From the IMG/VR virus record IMGVR_UViG_3300013132_005788, positions 5,329-69,328 of that record: a stretch of DNA of 64,000 bases; one strand, given 5' to 3'. Positions 21,102-31,164 of this stretch are shown piece by piece. The translations under genes and the position numbers were made by a program. This DNA is from a virus. Each line of letters begins with the position of its first letter. Positions within the stretch are counted from its first letter, which is position 1. Below the pieces are notes generated by a model. That model worked only from the letters and a program-made list of their open reading frames with translations, was not told the origin of the DNA and did no database searches.

Positions 21102-21550
21102 ATGAACAGAAGCAGGATTTTTCATCCATATTCTCCACAGAGAGGGAGGAATGGAAGGAAAAGATCCGGGGGCTTTCAATCAGATCTAGAAACATCAGGG
21201 AACTTGGAGAAGTCCAAATAGAATTATATTCAAGTAGACAGATGCTTTTAGAATACGCATATAAACTTGGCCAGATTTTAATAAAACTCAATACGAGATA
21301 CCGAAGAGATAGAGGTGATAGAATGAAGTTTTATTCGGAAATGTCTCAGGTTAAGTATGGATCAAATGAAAAAACCCCTCTAATAGAGGCGGATCTATCA
21401 GAGCTTAAAGAAAGAATAGATCTGGTAGATAATCATATGGCATATATGAATGAAACGATTAAAACCGTTGATCATTTCCTATATGGCGTCAAAAGCCGAA
21501 TTGCACTGGAAGAATATATGAGATCCGGAGCAGTTAAAAGCGGCTACTAA
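21083..21550 (+). CDS. UvsY-like recombination mediator
   Basis: All-helical 155 aa protein directly upstream of the UvsW-like helicase. Confidence 0.5.
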   Translation: MQQPNVDEQKQDFSSIFSTEREEWKEKIRGLSIRSRNIRELGEVQIELYSSRQMLLEYAYKLGQILIKLNTRYRRDRGDRMKFYSEMSQVKYGSNEKTPLIEADLSELKERIDLVDNHMAYMNETIKTVDHFLYGVKSRIALEEYMRSGAVKSGY

Positions 21551-21563
21551 ATAATCAATATGA

Positions 21564-23090
21564 ATGGTCAGATTAGTAGCAAGTGAAGATTTAAAATGGC
21601 TTACGATAGTGGATTATGACGAGGAATTCGAAAGGAAACAGCTTGAACTCTCTCTAACAAGAAAAATACACAATCACTTTTTTCATCCCTTGGTTAAAAA
21701 GAAGCATTGGGATGGAGCTATATGCTTTATAGATAAAAGACTCCCTGTATGGAGAATCCCAATGGGACTGTGGAGTGAGGTCTATTCTATAGGGGAAAAG
21801 TACAAAATTGATATATCGATCGAAGGATTAGATCTCTTGATTGACACCGGGATTTCATTAGATGATTTTACTCTGTGGTGCAATGAATTCTTCAAGGATA
21901 AAAAATTCAAGCCAAGAGACTATCAGATAGAATCAGCATGGAAGATCATCAGATTTAAACTAAGCGTTTCTGAGGTTGCAACATCATCAGGCAAGACTCT
22001 TATAGCATTTATGGTTCTAGCATACCTCAAAAAGGTTCACGGGATTAAAAAATTCTTAATGGTGGTTCCCAACGCAAACCTCATCATGCAGGGAAGCGAG
22101 GATTTTGAGGAATATGGATTGGATGAGCTCGAAGACTGCGAATTACAGCAGATTCACGGGGGAAACAAGAAGAAGATTTCTTCTGGATTAATGATTGGAA
22201 CATATCAGTCGTTGGTCAAGATGGAGCCTGAATTTTTTGATGATATTGAGGCTGTTTTTGTGGATGAGTGTCATCAATCACATTCACAATCAATTAAAAA
22301 AGTTGTGTCTCTCTGCAATGATGCTAAGTGGAGATTTGGCCTTTCCGGAACCCTGGCCAATAAGGGAACAGCAGAATACCTTACCATCCAGCAATTCCTG
22401 GGTCCCTTGGTGATGGAGATTTCCCCTAAATTTCTTTTTGATAACAATTACGCCACCCCGGTTTCCATTAAGATAGTCAAGATGGACTGGCTGGATCCCG
22501 AGATAAAAGAAAAGCTCTCAAGTCTGAAAGAAAACAAGGAAGAGATGGAAGGAAACGAGATCTTCAATATTGAGAGAAAGCTCGTGGTTTCCTCTGATAA
22601 AAGACTTAAATATATCCTTGATTTTATCTGCAAAGTTTCCAAGAATTCTCTCGTGTTGTTTCAGTCTGTTGGTGAAGGGTACGGAAAAAGAATCTATGAC
22701 GGTATCAGGGAAATCACTGCAGACAAGGAGGTCTATTATATAGACGGCGACACACACACGGAACTGAGGGACTATTTTATAAATAAGATGGAGGAGGGAA
22801 CTAATAAGATTCTTGTGGCATCTTTTGGAACGCTATCAACCGGAATCTCTATTAAGAATATACATAACATTTTTCTAACTGAATCCTACAAATCAGAGAT
22901 TATCATAAAACAAACATTGGGTAGGGGAATGAGACTTTTCGAAGGAAAGGATAAGGTTATAGTAATAGATTTTGTTGACGATTTTTCTTTCAACGGGAAA
23001 GCCAATTATCTTCTCAAGCATTCCCAAGAAAGAGTGGAAATATACAAGAGAGAACACTTTGAATACAGAACATATGAAGTTAAACTTTAG
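21564..23090 (+). CDS. uvsW: UvsW-like SF2 DNA helicase
   Basis: PRDYQ, ATSSGKT, DECH, GLSGT, QTLGRGMR motifs. Confidence 0.9.
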   Translation: MVRLVASEDLKWLTIVDYDEEFERKQLELSLTRKIHNHFFHPLVKKKHWDGAICFIDKRLPVWRIPMGLWSEVYSIGEKYKIDISIEGLDLLIDTGISLDDFTLWCNEFFKDKKFKPRDYQIESAWKIIRFKLSVSEVATSSGKTLIAFMVLAYLKKVHGIKKFLMVVPNANLIMQGSEDFEEYGLDELEDCELQQIHGGNKKKISSGLMIGTYQSLVKMEPEFFDDIEAVFVDECHQSHSQSIKKVVSLCNDAKWRFGLSGTLANKGTAEYLTIQQFLGPLVMEISPKFLFDNNYATPVSIKIVKMDWLDPEIKEKLSSLKENKEEMEGNEIFNIERKLVVSSDKRLKYILDFICKVSKNSLVLFQSVGEGYGKRIYDGIREITADKEVYYIDGDTHTELRDYFINKMEEGTNKILVASFGTLSTGISIKNIHNIFLTESYKSEIIIKQTLGRGMRLFEGKDKVIVIDFVDDFSFNGKANYLLKHSQERVEIYKREHFEYRTYEVKL

Positions 23091-23097
23091 GGTCTGG

Positions 23098-23105
23098 GAT
23101 ATATA
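23098..23105 (+). promoter_or_regulatory. Putative late promoter GATATATA
   Basis: Exact octamer, intergenic. Confidence 0.65.
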
Positions 23106-23120
23106 GATAAAAAACAAGTA

Positions 23121-23729
23121 ATGCAGAATCTTTTGGAATATGAGGCTTTTTATGAGGCTAAAAAAGAGGATCTCTTTTTTTCCAGACATAATATGCCAAC
23201 AAATTATGCTGATCGGGCAAGAACCTATGGAATTCCCGTTCCCGGTAACTCTTTTTTGACTAAGGTTTCCAATTTTCTAGGGGGATTCGAGACGTATTTA
23301 GACAGATTTGCCTCCAGCTACTCCTCCGCTATGAAAGGCAGAAGGTCGGAAAGAAGGGGCGGGCCAGACACTGGAATAGAAAGCATATTTAAGCTTTTTT
23401 CGGTTGTCCCTGGTGTTCTGAAAAGAATATTTGGACCCTCTATTATGCAATATAAAGGAGCAGAAAAAGACGAGATAAGTTTGGAGCTAATGAGACACAC
23501 TAATGATGTGTATATAAAGGACGAACTTCCTAAAATTAAAAATCAGAATGATCTGGCTAATAATTTAGCCAGTCTTTACCAGAAAGGTGGAGTTAAACCC
23601 AAACAAAATCCGGTACTAGATGAAATAGCTAGAAATAGAACGGCACTTTATTTTTCTAAAAATCCAAACGAAGTCCCCATGAGAAGTGGATCATTAAACC
23701 CAGTACCAGAAATAGCGACGATCTATTAA
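23121..23729 (+). CDS. Hypothetical protein with capsid-targeting-like leader (putative internal head protein)
   Basis: N-terminus MQNLLEYEAFYE. Confidence 0.5.
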   Translation: MQNLLEYEAFYEAKKEDLFFSRHNMPTNYADRARTYGIPVPGNSFLTKVSNFLGGFETYLDRFASSYSSAMKGRRSERRGGPDTGIESIFKLFSVVPGVLKRIFGPSIMQYKGAEKDEISLELMRHTNDVYIKDELPKIKNQNDLANNLASLYQKGGVKPKQNPVLDEIARNRTALYFSKNPNEVPMRSGSLNPVPEIATIY

Positions 23730-23745
23730 AATAAATTCCTAAAAA

Positions 23746-24510
23746 ATGAACAAGAAGTTTTCAACAGCAGTTAAAGAATCCAGAGAAAAACTGGTGGAAC
23801 AAGAGATAATTCAAGAAAGAAACAAATATCTTGAATTCTCCAAAAAATATCACAAGAAACAAGGAGTTTCCGGCCCATTCGATAAAAAATTTGGGGGAGA
23901 TAAAAAGAAGCAAGAGAAATACATGGAGGAACTTGCCGCAGCTTGGGAAAAATACAAAAAAAGCCACGGCATAAAAAACAAGAGCAATAAGAAATTCGAT
24001 TGGGTCAAGGAGGGAGTTATGGAATCCACACAAAAAGCTTCTGAATTAGCTAGCTCTATGATTGGTGACGGAGGTGATCCTAACTATTGCTTCGTAACCG
24101 TTTCTGATGATTATTATTTCACGAAGGACAACAAGAAAACTAAATATTCCGAAGCTTTCAGAGAAGCTCCGGTTGCTATCAAGACGACTCCAGATTTTGG
24201 TGCAGTTACGTTTGGACCTTTTATGAATATTGAAGAGTCTAAAGCATTTTCAAACAGCATAGAGCTGGATGAATTGAATGGACCTAGAATGATTAAAATT
24301 GAGGACAGAAAAACTGGATTGGTTTTTGAAAAAGCATTGACATGCGTTCTTCAGCCAACTTGGTTTGAGGAGACAAAAGAGGAAGAATCCACTTCTCACC
24401 AACATGATATGATGGGACAAGTTGGAGAGCCCGAGGATGAAGACACTGATTCAGAAACAGAAATAGAGGATGATGAGGAAGACTTTGAATTCTCTGGAGA
24501 CGAAGAATAA
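23746..24510 (+). CDS. Hypothetical protein, basic N-half and acidic tail (possible internal head protein)
   Basis: Lys-rich N-terminal third, several xxE-S motifs (VKES, VMES), D/E-rich C-terminus. Confidence 0.4.
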   Translation: MNKKFSTAVKESREKLVEQEIIQERNKYLEFSKKYHKKQGVSGPFDKKFGGDKKKQEKYMEELAAAWEKYKKSHGIKNKSNKKFDWVKEGVMESTQKASELASSMIGDGGDPNYCFVTVSDDYYFTKDNKKTKYSEAFREAPVAIKTTPDFGAVTFGPFMNIEESKAFSNSIELDELNGPRMIKIEDRKTGLVFEKALTCVLQPTWFEETKEEESTSHQHDMMGQVGEPEDEDTDSETEIEDDEEDFEFSGDEE

Positions 24511-24514
24511 AAAA

Positions 24515-24961
24515 ATGATTGAGAAAAGTTTTCAAAAAAATATACTGATACCGCTTCTAGAGCATTTTGTCGGAATCCAGGTTTTTGGAATAAAAATAGT
24601 GGATAATTCGGTGATATTCAAGACAGAGGTTGGATCGGATGGATTTGTATCCAGAAATATTAATGGTGATTGGGACATAAATATAGAAAATGAAGTGATA
24701 TATGAGGTCGAGGACGAGCTAATGGATGTGTTAATACCAAAGGCGGGAAAAATGGAAATAGATGATTATTACGAAAAACTAAATACGCTTCTTTCCCGTG
24801 ATCTCAAATACAGATCTAGATCTCTGGTACTCCAAATTGTTAAAACCCTGGAATACTTTATATTAAATGCTCAGATAAGTCCAAGTAAGCCTATAAAAAT
24901 TGGACCTTTTTTGGTCTATGCTGATAAAATAAAGGGTAGAAATATAATCTGTCTTAATTAA
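24515..24961 (+). CDS. Hypothetical protein
   Basis: ATG at 24515 after an A-tract. Confidence 0.5.
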   Translation: MIEKSFQKNILIPLLEHFVGIQVFGIKIVDNSVIFKTEVGSDGFVSRNINGDWDINIENEVIYEVEDELMDVLIPKAGKMEIDDYYEKLNTLLSRDLKYRSRSLVLQIVKTLEYFILNAQISPSKPIKIGPFLVYADKIKGRNIICLN

Positions 24962-24968
24962 AAACAAA

Positions 24969-26918
24969 ATGGCTGGAATTAATCAATTATCTGATATTTA
25001 TAAGAAAAAAGGTAAAGAGTTTGTTGATAAACTTTTTAACCAGATAGTAACCGTTAGTGAAAAACTAGACGGATCTATTTTTTCATTTGAGAAAAATCTG
25101 ATTGACGAGGATATCTCTTTCTATAAAAGGGATCAGGATAATCCTATCACCAGGATTGACCGAATATTGATGTCATACTATGAACGTCCGATAAATTATA
25201 TCGGATCTCTTTCTCATGATATTAAGAGGCAAATTCCTAATGGATGGAGGTTTGGTATGGAATATTTCTGTGATAATAAACCAGTAAATATCGCTTATCA
25301 GAGAGAGCCTAAGAATGGGCTTGTTTTAACACATATTATCGTTAAGGATGAACTAGGAAATCCGGTGAGAACTATAGTGGAAAAAAAAGAGCTTGATCAC
25401 TGGGCAGACTTGCTGGAAGTTGAAAGATCTCCTATGATCTTTCAGGGCAGGCTAAACGAGGATCAGAAGTTAAAAATCCTAGAATACCTATCCACATCAT
25501 ATTTAGATATACTCAAAAAATATAAGACTGATAGCTTTGTTAGGTTCATGGTCTCTATATTGAACCCTGAACTTGAAAAAAGTGCCCTTAATGATTCACT
25601 GGATTCCCCTATCGAGGGAGTAGTCTTCAGATTTGGTGATTTAGCAGGAACTGGTGAAAGCTATGTTGCTAAAATAGTAGACCCTGTTTTTTTGGAAATA
25701 ATTAGAGAGAGAAAAGTAACCTCTAAAGATAATCTCCCAAATGACATATATTCACTTGCTCTAATAGATGTAATGAATTTCGTTCTTGAAAAAGGAGTGG
25801 ATTCTTTTGAGATCAAAGGAGAAGAACCCGAGTCAAGATACATTAGTTTTGTCTTTGATGTTTTCCTTAAATTTGTTGATCTGCACGGAGACAAATACAA
25901 AGGAGTAGATTTTAACGAACCGGAATATTTCAAGAGAGAAGAATTCAAGATCAATAAAGAACTTATTTTAGATCAGGATATTAGAGAAAAAATAGAAGAA
26001 GACGAGAGTTACGAAACTCTTCTACAGATCCTTCTATCCGCCTTTAGAAAATTAAAGAAAAAAGCACATGGGTTCTTCACCGAGGGGGTAGTTGAGCAAT
26101 TTAATCTATTAATCAGAGATATTGCAGATTATATAAATGCTAGAAAAGCAGAGCCTGTCCAAGAATCGGGGATTCCAACTTTTGTTCAATTTAGAAAAAG
26201 CTCTGCTGTTTTCTCCCCTATCAACGAGAGTGAAAATGAGCCAGATGAAACAACTGAATCTGATGAAGATGATGAAAATACTGGCGCAAAAGAAGACGAA
26301 AAAACCAATGAGTTTTTTGCTTATGATGATTTTAAGAAGGTAATTAAAACTCCAAAAGAAAAAAGAAAATCCAAGAAGTTAAACGAAAACGCAGAGAAAG
26401 TCAATCTTATCATAGGAAAATTCCAGCCGTTTAGCAATGGTCATTTAAAGATGGCTATGAGAGCCAAGAAAGAAAATGGATATCCTAGCGTACTTTGTGT
26501 GCACCATCCAGGGACAACATCTAAAAAATACCCATTTAGTCAGGAAACTGTTGAGAAAATGCTCCTCGGGATTAAGGAAGAGCACTCCGATATTATCAGG
26601 GAATCATATGTGATTAATAAAGATTTTTTGGATGAGGTGTTTGAAAATCTTCCCGAAACTTTCTTCCCAGTCAGCATATGTGTGGGTGAAAAAAATTATT
26701 CAAATCTATATCTTCAGAGAGATTGGTCCAAGAATAACGGAACCTTAATCAATGAAGAAATTAAGCTATTTAAAACCCCGACCTGGAATTCAGGTAGAGA
26801 TATCAGAGATTTCATCAGGAATGAAAACTTTTCACAATTCAAAAAATCCGTACCTAAAAGTGTAGGCCTTTTGTATAATCAATTTGTTACGGAAATTAGG
26901 GAAACCGGGGATATATAA
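24969..26918 (+). CDS. Fusion of an ATP-dependent RNA-ligase-like domain and an HxGH-class (cytidylyltransferase/NMNAT-like) nucleotidyltransferase
   Basis: EKLDGS, GMEYF, EGVVFR, AKIVD ligase motifs; C-terminal GKFQPFSNGH...YPFS...SGRDIR. Confidence 0.7.
   Translation: MAGINQLSDIYKKKGKEFVDKLFNQIVTVSEKLDGSIFSFEKNLIDEDISFYKRDQDNPITRIDRILMSYYERPINYIGSLSHDIKRQIPNGWRFGMEYFCDNKPVNIAYQREPKNGLVLTHIIVKDELGNPVRTIVEKKELDHWADLLEVERSPMIFQGRLNEDQKLKILEYLSTSYLDILKKYKTDSFVRFMVSILNPELEKSALNDSLDSPIEGVVFRFGDLAGTGESYVAKIVDPVFLEIIRERKVTSKDNLPNDIYSLALIDVMNFVLEKGVDSFEIKGEEPESRYISFVFDVFLKFVDLHGDKYKGVDFNEPEYFKREEFKINKELILDQDIREKIEEDESYETLLQILLSAFRKLKKKAHGFFTEGVVEQFNLLIRDIADYINARKAEPVQESGIPTFVQFRKSSAVFSPINESENEPDETTESDEDDENTGAKEDEKTNEFFAYDDFKKVIKTPKEKRKSKKLNENAEKVNLIIGKFQPFSNGHLKMAMRAKKENGYPSVLCVHHPGTTSKKYPFSQETVEKMLLGIKEEHSDIIRESYVINKDFLDEVFENLPETFFPVSICVGEKNYSNLYLQRDWSKNNGTLINEEIKLFKTPTWNSGRDIRDFIRNENFSQFKKSVPKSVGLLYNQFVTEIRETGDI
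26910..26917 (+). promoter_or_regulatory. Putative late promoter GATATATA
   Basis: Exact octamer overlapping the upstream stop codon. Confidence 0.6.
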
Positions 26919-26935
26919 CAAAAATAATCTCCAAA

Positions 26936-27733
26936 ATGCAGGGAAAAAGAATTGCTTCCTGGAATGATTTCCAGCTTTTTGAACAAGTCTATCGGGACTT
27001 GGAAGACGACAATCAAAAAATTTCACAAGAAGCTTTTAGAAAAATAAGATCCGCTTGTTTTAAAGTAATGGGTCAATATCCTTTTTTTAGAAGCGTACTA
27101 AGCAGCCTTATTATAAAGGAAAATAGAAATCTCCGATATAAAACTATGGCGACCGACGGAGCTAGTATACATTACGATCCTGGATTTGTACTAGATCAGC
27201 CGCTTGATGTGGTAACTTGGGTGATTGTCCATGAAATAATGCACAATGTTCTAAAGCATTTCGATAGAAAAGAATTAGATGCTGATACTGTAACTTGGAA
27301 CATGGCAGCGGATTATGCTCTTAATCAGTTAATCACTTATAATAAATCCAACCCCTCTCTTCCTCCAACCAAAGCTGACTATGAGGCTGCAATGGGAAAG
27401 GGAGGATTATTTCCAGGGTGTGGACAAACCAAGGGAGACGACAAATTTGAAAATTTAACAGCCGAACAGATTTTCAAGATTCTACTTAAAAATCCACCGG
27501 TCTGTCCTCAGTGCGGAAAAAATCCTTGTGAGTGTCAGAAGCCTACTCCACCTCCACGTGATCCTGATCCATTACAGGTCGGAGATATCATATACGACGA
27601 GAAAACGGACGAGTATGGCGTGGTAACTTCTTTTGACGAAGCAACAGGTGAGGTGACTTTGGATCCTATGGATAAAGATGCTGTTAGGGAAGAAGTTAAG
27701 AGACAGTATGAAGAAAAATACGGAACCGTTTAA
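26936..27733 (+). CDS. DUF2201_N-like HEXXH metallopeptidase
   Basis: TMATDG...HEIMH...WNMAADYALN; CxxC-x3-CxC knuckle and KOW/SH3-like tail. Confidence 0.75.
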   Translation: MQGKRIASWNDFQLFEQVYRDLEDDNQKISQEAFRKIRSACFKVMGQYPFFRSVLSSLIIKENRNLRYKTMATDGASIHYDPGFVLDQPLDVVTWVIVHEIMHNVLKHFDRKELDADTVTWNMAADYALNQLITYNKSNPSLPPTKADYEAAMGKGGLFPGCGQTKGDDKFENLTAEQIFKILLKNPPVCPQCGKNPCECQKPTPPPRDPDPLQVGDIIYDEKTDEYGVVTSFDEATGEVTLDPMDKDAVREEVKRQYEEKYGTV

Positions 27734-27750
27734 TAAAATATAAAAGCTGG

Positions 27751-28797
27751 ATGAAAACGAAAATAGATAGAGTAATCAGAATCAGACTTAAGGATTCTGA
27801 AAATAAAGGACCAGGAGATCCCGAAGTTGGAGACCCAAAAACAATATATCTAGAAAAAGATCCTCCTGAGAATGGAGATGGCCCTGGCGGAACTGGTGAT
27901 TTTCCTACAGGCGATAGAGAGGGTGAAGGGGAAGGACAGGGTGGAGGACCTATTCCAAATCCATCGAATACGTATTCAAGGGATAAGGCAGAATGGGACA
28001 GACAGATGGAAGAGGATGTTGATTATGGCAGGGATAAAACCAAAGTTACCTGGGGAGAAGTACTTCCTGCAGGATCACTTGGTGACACTGACATGGGAAA
28101 ATCCCAAATATCCTCCAAAATGGATGAATTGGTTCAAAGTGCAATGGCGCAGAATCTGGATAATGACCCAGTTTCAAAAAGAATCGCCAAAAGATTAGAG
28201 GGTCTTAAGGCCCCGATCGTTGATTGGAAATCTGAACTTGCCAGATTTATAGAAAAAATTGTAACCAAGACTCAATATAAGCTTCCTTCTAGAAGATTTG
28301 GTTCCCAAAGAACCGCTCAATATGGATATAAGAGAACAAAAGAGCAGACAGAATGTATTGTGGTTGCCATAGACACGTCTGGATCAATATCAGATAAAAT
28401 GGTTCATAGATTCTTGAGTGAGACCCAGTCAATAGTTCAATCGTTTGATCCAAAAGATCTCTATGTTATATTTTGTCACACTAGTATATACAGGGTAGAC
28501 CATTATTTACCTGGTGAAAAAATATCCGATGGAGAGCTAAAGACCGGGGGAACGGAATTTTGGCCACCTTTCAAATGGGTAGAACAGAATCTTTTGGATG
28601 AGGGAATATCTCCTTCCGTTTTCATATATTTTACAGACGGAGAGGCATCTTTCCCAAGTACCGGGGATTACTCCATAGGTGACTATCTAGACAGAGTTAT
28701 TTGGGTGGTTCTTGGATTTGGACAAGCCAGTGACGTTCCTGTTCCATGGGGCAACAGAATGGACATAGTTCTTCCAAATAAATCTTCTGAACTATAA
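27751..28797 (+). CDS. DUF2201-like vWA domain protein
   Basis: VDWKSEL, VAIDTSGSI (MIDAS), GGTEF, YFTDG. Confidence 0.8.
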   Translation: MKTKIDRVIRIRLKDSENKGPGDPEVGDPKTIYLEKDPPENGDGPGGTGDFPTGDREGEGEGQGGGPIPNPSNTYSRDKAEWDRQMEEDVDYGRDKTKVTWGEVLPAGSLGDTDMGKSQISSKMDELVQSAMAQNLDNDPVSKRIAKRLEGLKAPIVDWKSELARFIEKIVTKTQYKLPSRRFGSQRTAQYGYKRTKEQTECIVVAIDTSGSISDKMVHRFLSETQSIVQSFDPKDLYVIFCHTSIYRVDHYLPGEKISDGELKTGGTEFWPPFKWVEQNLLDEGISPSVFIYFTDGEASFPSTGDYSIGDYLDRVIWVVLGFGQASDVPVPWGNRMDIVLPNKSSEL

Positions 28798-28805
28798 GAT
28801 ATATA
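28798..28805 (+). promoter_or_regulatory. Putative late promoter GATATATA
   Basis: Exact octamer, intergenic. Confidence 0.65.
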
Positions 28806-28827
28806 GTCTATAAAAAATAAAAAAGAA

Positions 28828-30339
28828 ATGAAGAGAATATCTAATTTTAACCAATTCGTAAACGAATCATATCTTTCCAAAGCAATGCAGACAGTTAAGA
28901 ACTGGGCTTCTTCCTTTATGAAGAGCCTGCAGGATGGATTGGTAAGAATGATTCCGTCCGGTTTAAAAGCAGGAAAACCTGTTGCAGTCCTATTTGATGG
29001 AGAAAAAGGACCTATTGCTGACCAGCTATTAAAATTCTATAAAGGAACTCCATATGCAGAGGCAATAGAAGAAGCTAAGGTTCCTATGGAGTATCCAAGA
29101 CAAGACGACGTTTTGAATGTTGATGTTAACGAGCTTAAGAAAATGCTCAAAACCAGACTGAAAGCAGTATTGAGAGCTAAGGGCGACGAAAAAGAGGTTT
29201 TAACTATTAAGCCATTCTTTATATTCGGAGCACCTGGAATCGGTAAAACAATGATTGTTGCTCAAGTACTTGATGAGTTGAGCGAAGAATTAGGATTACC
29301 ACATAGATTAAATCTACACAACGTTGATGGAGAATTTGCTGAGCCAGTCGACTTTGCCGGTGTTCCTTCCGTTGTTGATGTAGAACAGCCAAGTGCAGAA
29401 TCCCCTTACGGAAAAGGCGTAACAAGATCAAACGTATCTGTTAACCTCCTTCCTGCTGATAATGGACCGGGAGATGCAGGCGGTATAATCTTTATTGATG
29501 AGATCAACCGTATGGATAAAGAGGTTGTTAAAGTATTCATGAAATTAGCCCAGAGTAGAAGACTTGGGGCATCTTATACTATTCCACCAAAATGGTATAT
29601 TGTAGCTGCTGGTAACAGAAGGGAAGATGATCCATCAACAGTTAAAGACCTTGGGACTGCACTTAGAGATAGATTCTCTGTAGTAAACTATGTTCCTTCC
29701 ACTAAATCATGGATTAAATATGTTTCTAGCGATCCTAAGCTTAAGACCGTGGTTTTACCTGAGTTGGTTGACTTCTTTGAATTTAGCGAGGATTACTTCC
29801 ATAATCTAGATCCTTCTAAAGGCCTAGTAAAATTCCCTACGCCTAGAGCGTGGGTTGATGCTTCTTATGGTCTTAAGAGAAGAATGGAAGAACTCGAGGA
29901 AGAAGGAAAGGGTAGTGTCACTATGGACGAAATTAAAAAGCTGTTCCAACTTGAAGTTGGAGCTGATGCAGCTCAAGCATTTGTTGATTTCTATAGATTG
30001 GTATCAGAGATCAACATTAAGGATGTTGTTAAAGTTTTTGAAGATCCAGAAAACGCACCATTGCCTAAGAAAATGTCAGCCGGAGGAAGATCTTATGATC
30101 CTGCTCATGCACATGCTTGGATTTGCGCAGTTATTAAGAAAAGTAGAGAATTGCAGATTACCACAAAAGAGGTTAAGAATTTCACTGATTATTTAATTAG
30201 AATGGGATCGCCAGAACTTGGAGCTGCTGCTTTAACATCATTCACAAAATCTCATCCTGAATTAAGAAAAAATCCAGAGGCGATAGAAATTCTAGCTGAA
30301 TTAGCAGAAGAATGGAGCGCTGATGTAGATCTAGAGTAA
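28828..30339 (+). CDS. MoxR-like AAA+ ATPase with capsid-targeting-like leader
   Basis: GAPGIGKT, IFIDEINR, AAGN, ALRDRF, FPTPRAW; N-terminus MKRISNFNQFVNE. Confidence 0.85.
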   Translation: MKRISNFNQFVNESYLSKAMQTVKNWASSFMKSLQDGLVRMIPSGLKAGKPVAVLFDGEKGPIADQLLKFYKGTPYAEAIEEAKVPMEYPRQDDVLNVDVNELKKMLKTRLKAVLRAKGDEKEVLTIKPFFIFGAPGIGKTMIVAQVLDELSEELGLPHRLNLHNVDGEFAEPVDFAGVPSVVDVEQPSAESPYGKGVTRSNVSVNLLPADNGPGDAGGIIFIDEINRMDKEVVKVFMKLAQSRRLGASYTIPPKWYIVAAGNRREDDPSTVKDLGTALRDRFSVVNYVPSTKSWIKYVSSDPKLKTVVLPELVDFFEFSEDYFHNLDPSKGLVKFPTPRAWVDASYGLKRRMEELEEEGKGSVTMDEIKKLFQLEVGADAAQAFVDFYRLVSEINIKDVVKVFEDPENAPLPKKMSAGGRSYDPAHAHAWICAVIKKSRELQITTKEVKNFTDYLIRMGSPELGAAALTSFTKSHPELRKNPEAIEILAELAEEWSADVDLE

Positions 30340-30629
30340 TGGTAAAAATCAAAAGATATACTGAATATGTGGGAGAGGGCCAGAAAAAAGATTCTGGCCT
30401 TTTTTCTACTGTAGATAAGGTAAAGGAAGCTAGAGACAAGCTTCATGAGGCTTCTATGGAATGTAAAAATGATCCTAGAATTGATGAGAGCAAGATAATG
30501 GAGTGCTACGAGGGTTTGAATAAATACTATGAGAATCTTTCTATGCAGGCTCCATATGTTGACACTATTAAGTATGGAAAGATTCCAAACACCTCAATGA
30601 ATATATTGACCAAAAAAGGAGACAGCTAA
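30339..30629 (+). CDS. Small protein with capsid-targeting-like leader
   Basis: N-terminus MVKIKRYTEYVGE. Confidence 0.5.
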   Translation: MVKIKRYTEYVGEGQKKDSGLFSTVDKVKEARDKLHEASMECKNDPRIDESKIMECYEGLNKYYENLSMQAPYVDTIKYGKIPNTSMNILTKKGDS

Positions 30630-30630
30630 G

Positions 30631-31164
30631 ATGAAACACCTAATGTTATTTGAAGATTTCCTATTCGAAGACGGATATGGTAAAAACTTTTTCTTCCCTG
30701 AGAAGAGAGAAAAAGCAATTTATTATTATTTCAAGATTAACGAGGGAGAGAGCCAGAAAGGATTTATTCTTAAGATCTCTAAAAACTGCGTTTTAATGAC
30801 TCCCGAAGGATCAGAAAATTCTTATGGATGCCTTAGAATAGAACCTATTTCTATAGCCACAATGGATGATCATTTAGCTAATGAGACGGATTTTAAATTC
30901 AGAGAGGATGATATGATAGAGATCGAGGAGGATGAATTTCCTAGAATCTATAAAATTGTCTCCGAAGCAATACAGAATTATCTACAAAAGAATCCAAAGG
31001 TCACTAAGATATACGATGAGATGCTCCTTAATGTTCCAATGTCAAGAAAGGAATATAAAAACGATGTCGAAGCCATGATATCTGGGTGGAGCTACGGAAA
31101 ATGGTCCATTCAAGATGGCCCAGAAAAAAAGATCCTAATATATCAAAAAAGAGATCACGAATAA
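30631..31164 (+). CDS. Hypothetical protein with capsid-targeting-like leader
   Basis: N-terminus MKHLMLFEDFLFE. Confidence 0.55.
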   Translation: MKHLMLFEDFLFEDGYGKNFFFPEKREKAIYYYFKINEGESQKGFILKISKNCVLMTPEGSENSYGCLRIEPISIATMDDHLANETDFKFREDDMIEIEEDEFPRIYKIVSEAIQNYLQKNPKVTKIYDEMLLNVPMSRKEYKNDVEAMISGWSYGKWSIQDGPEKKILIYQKRDHE

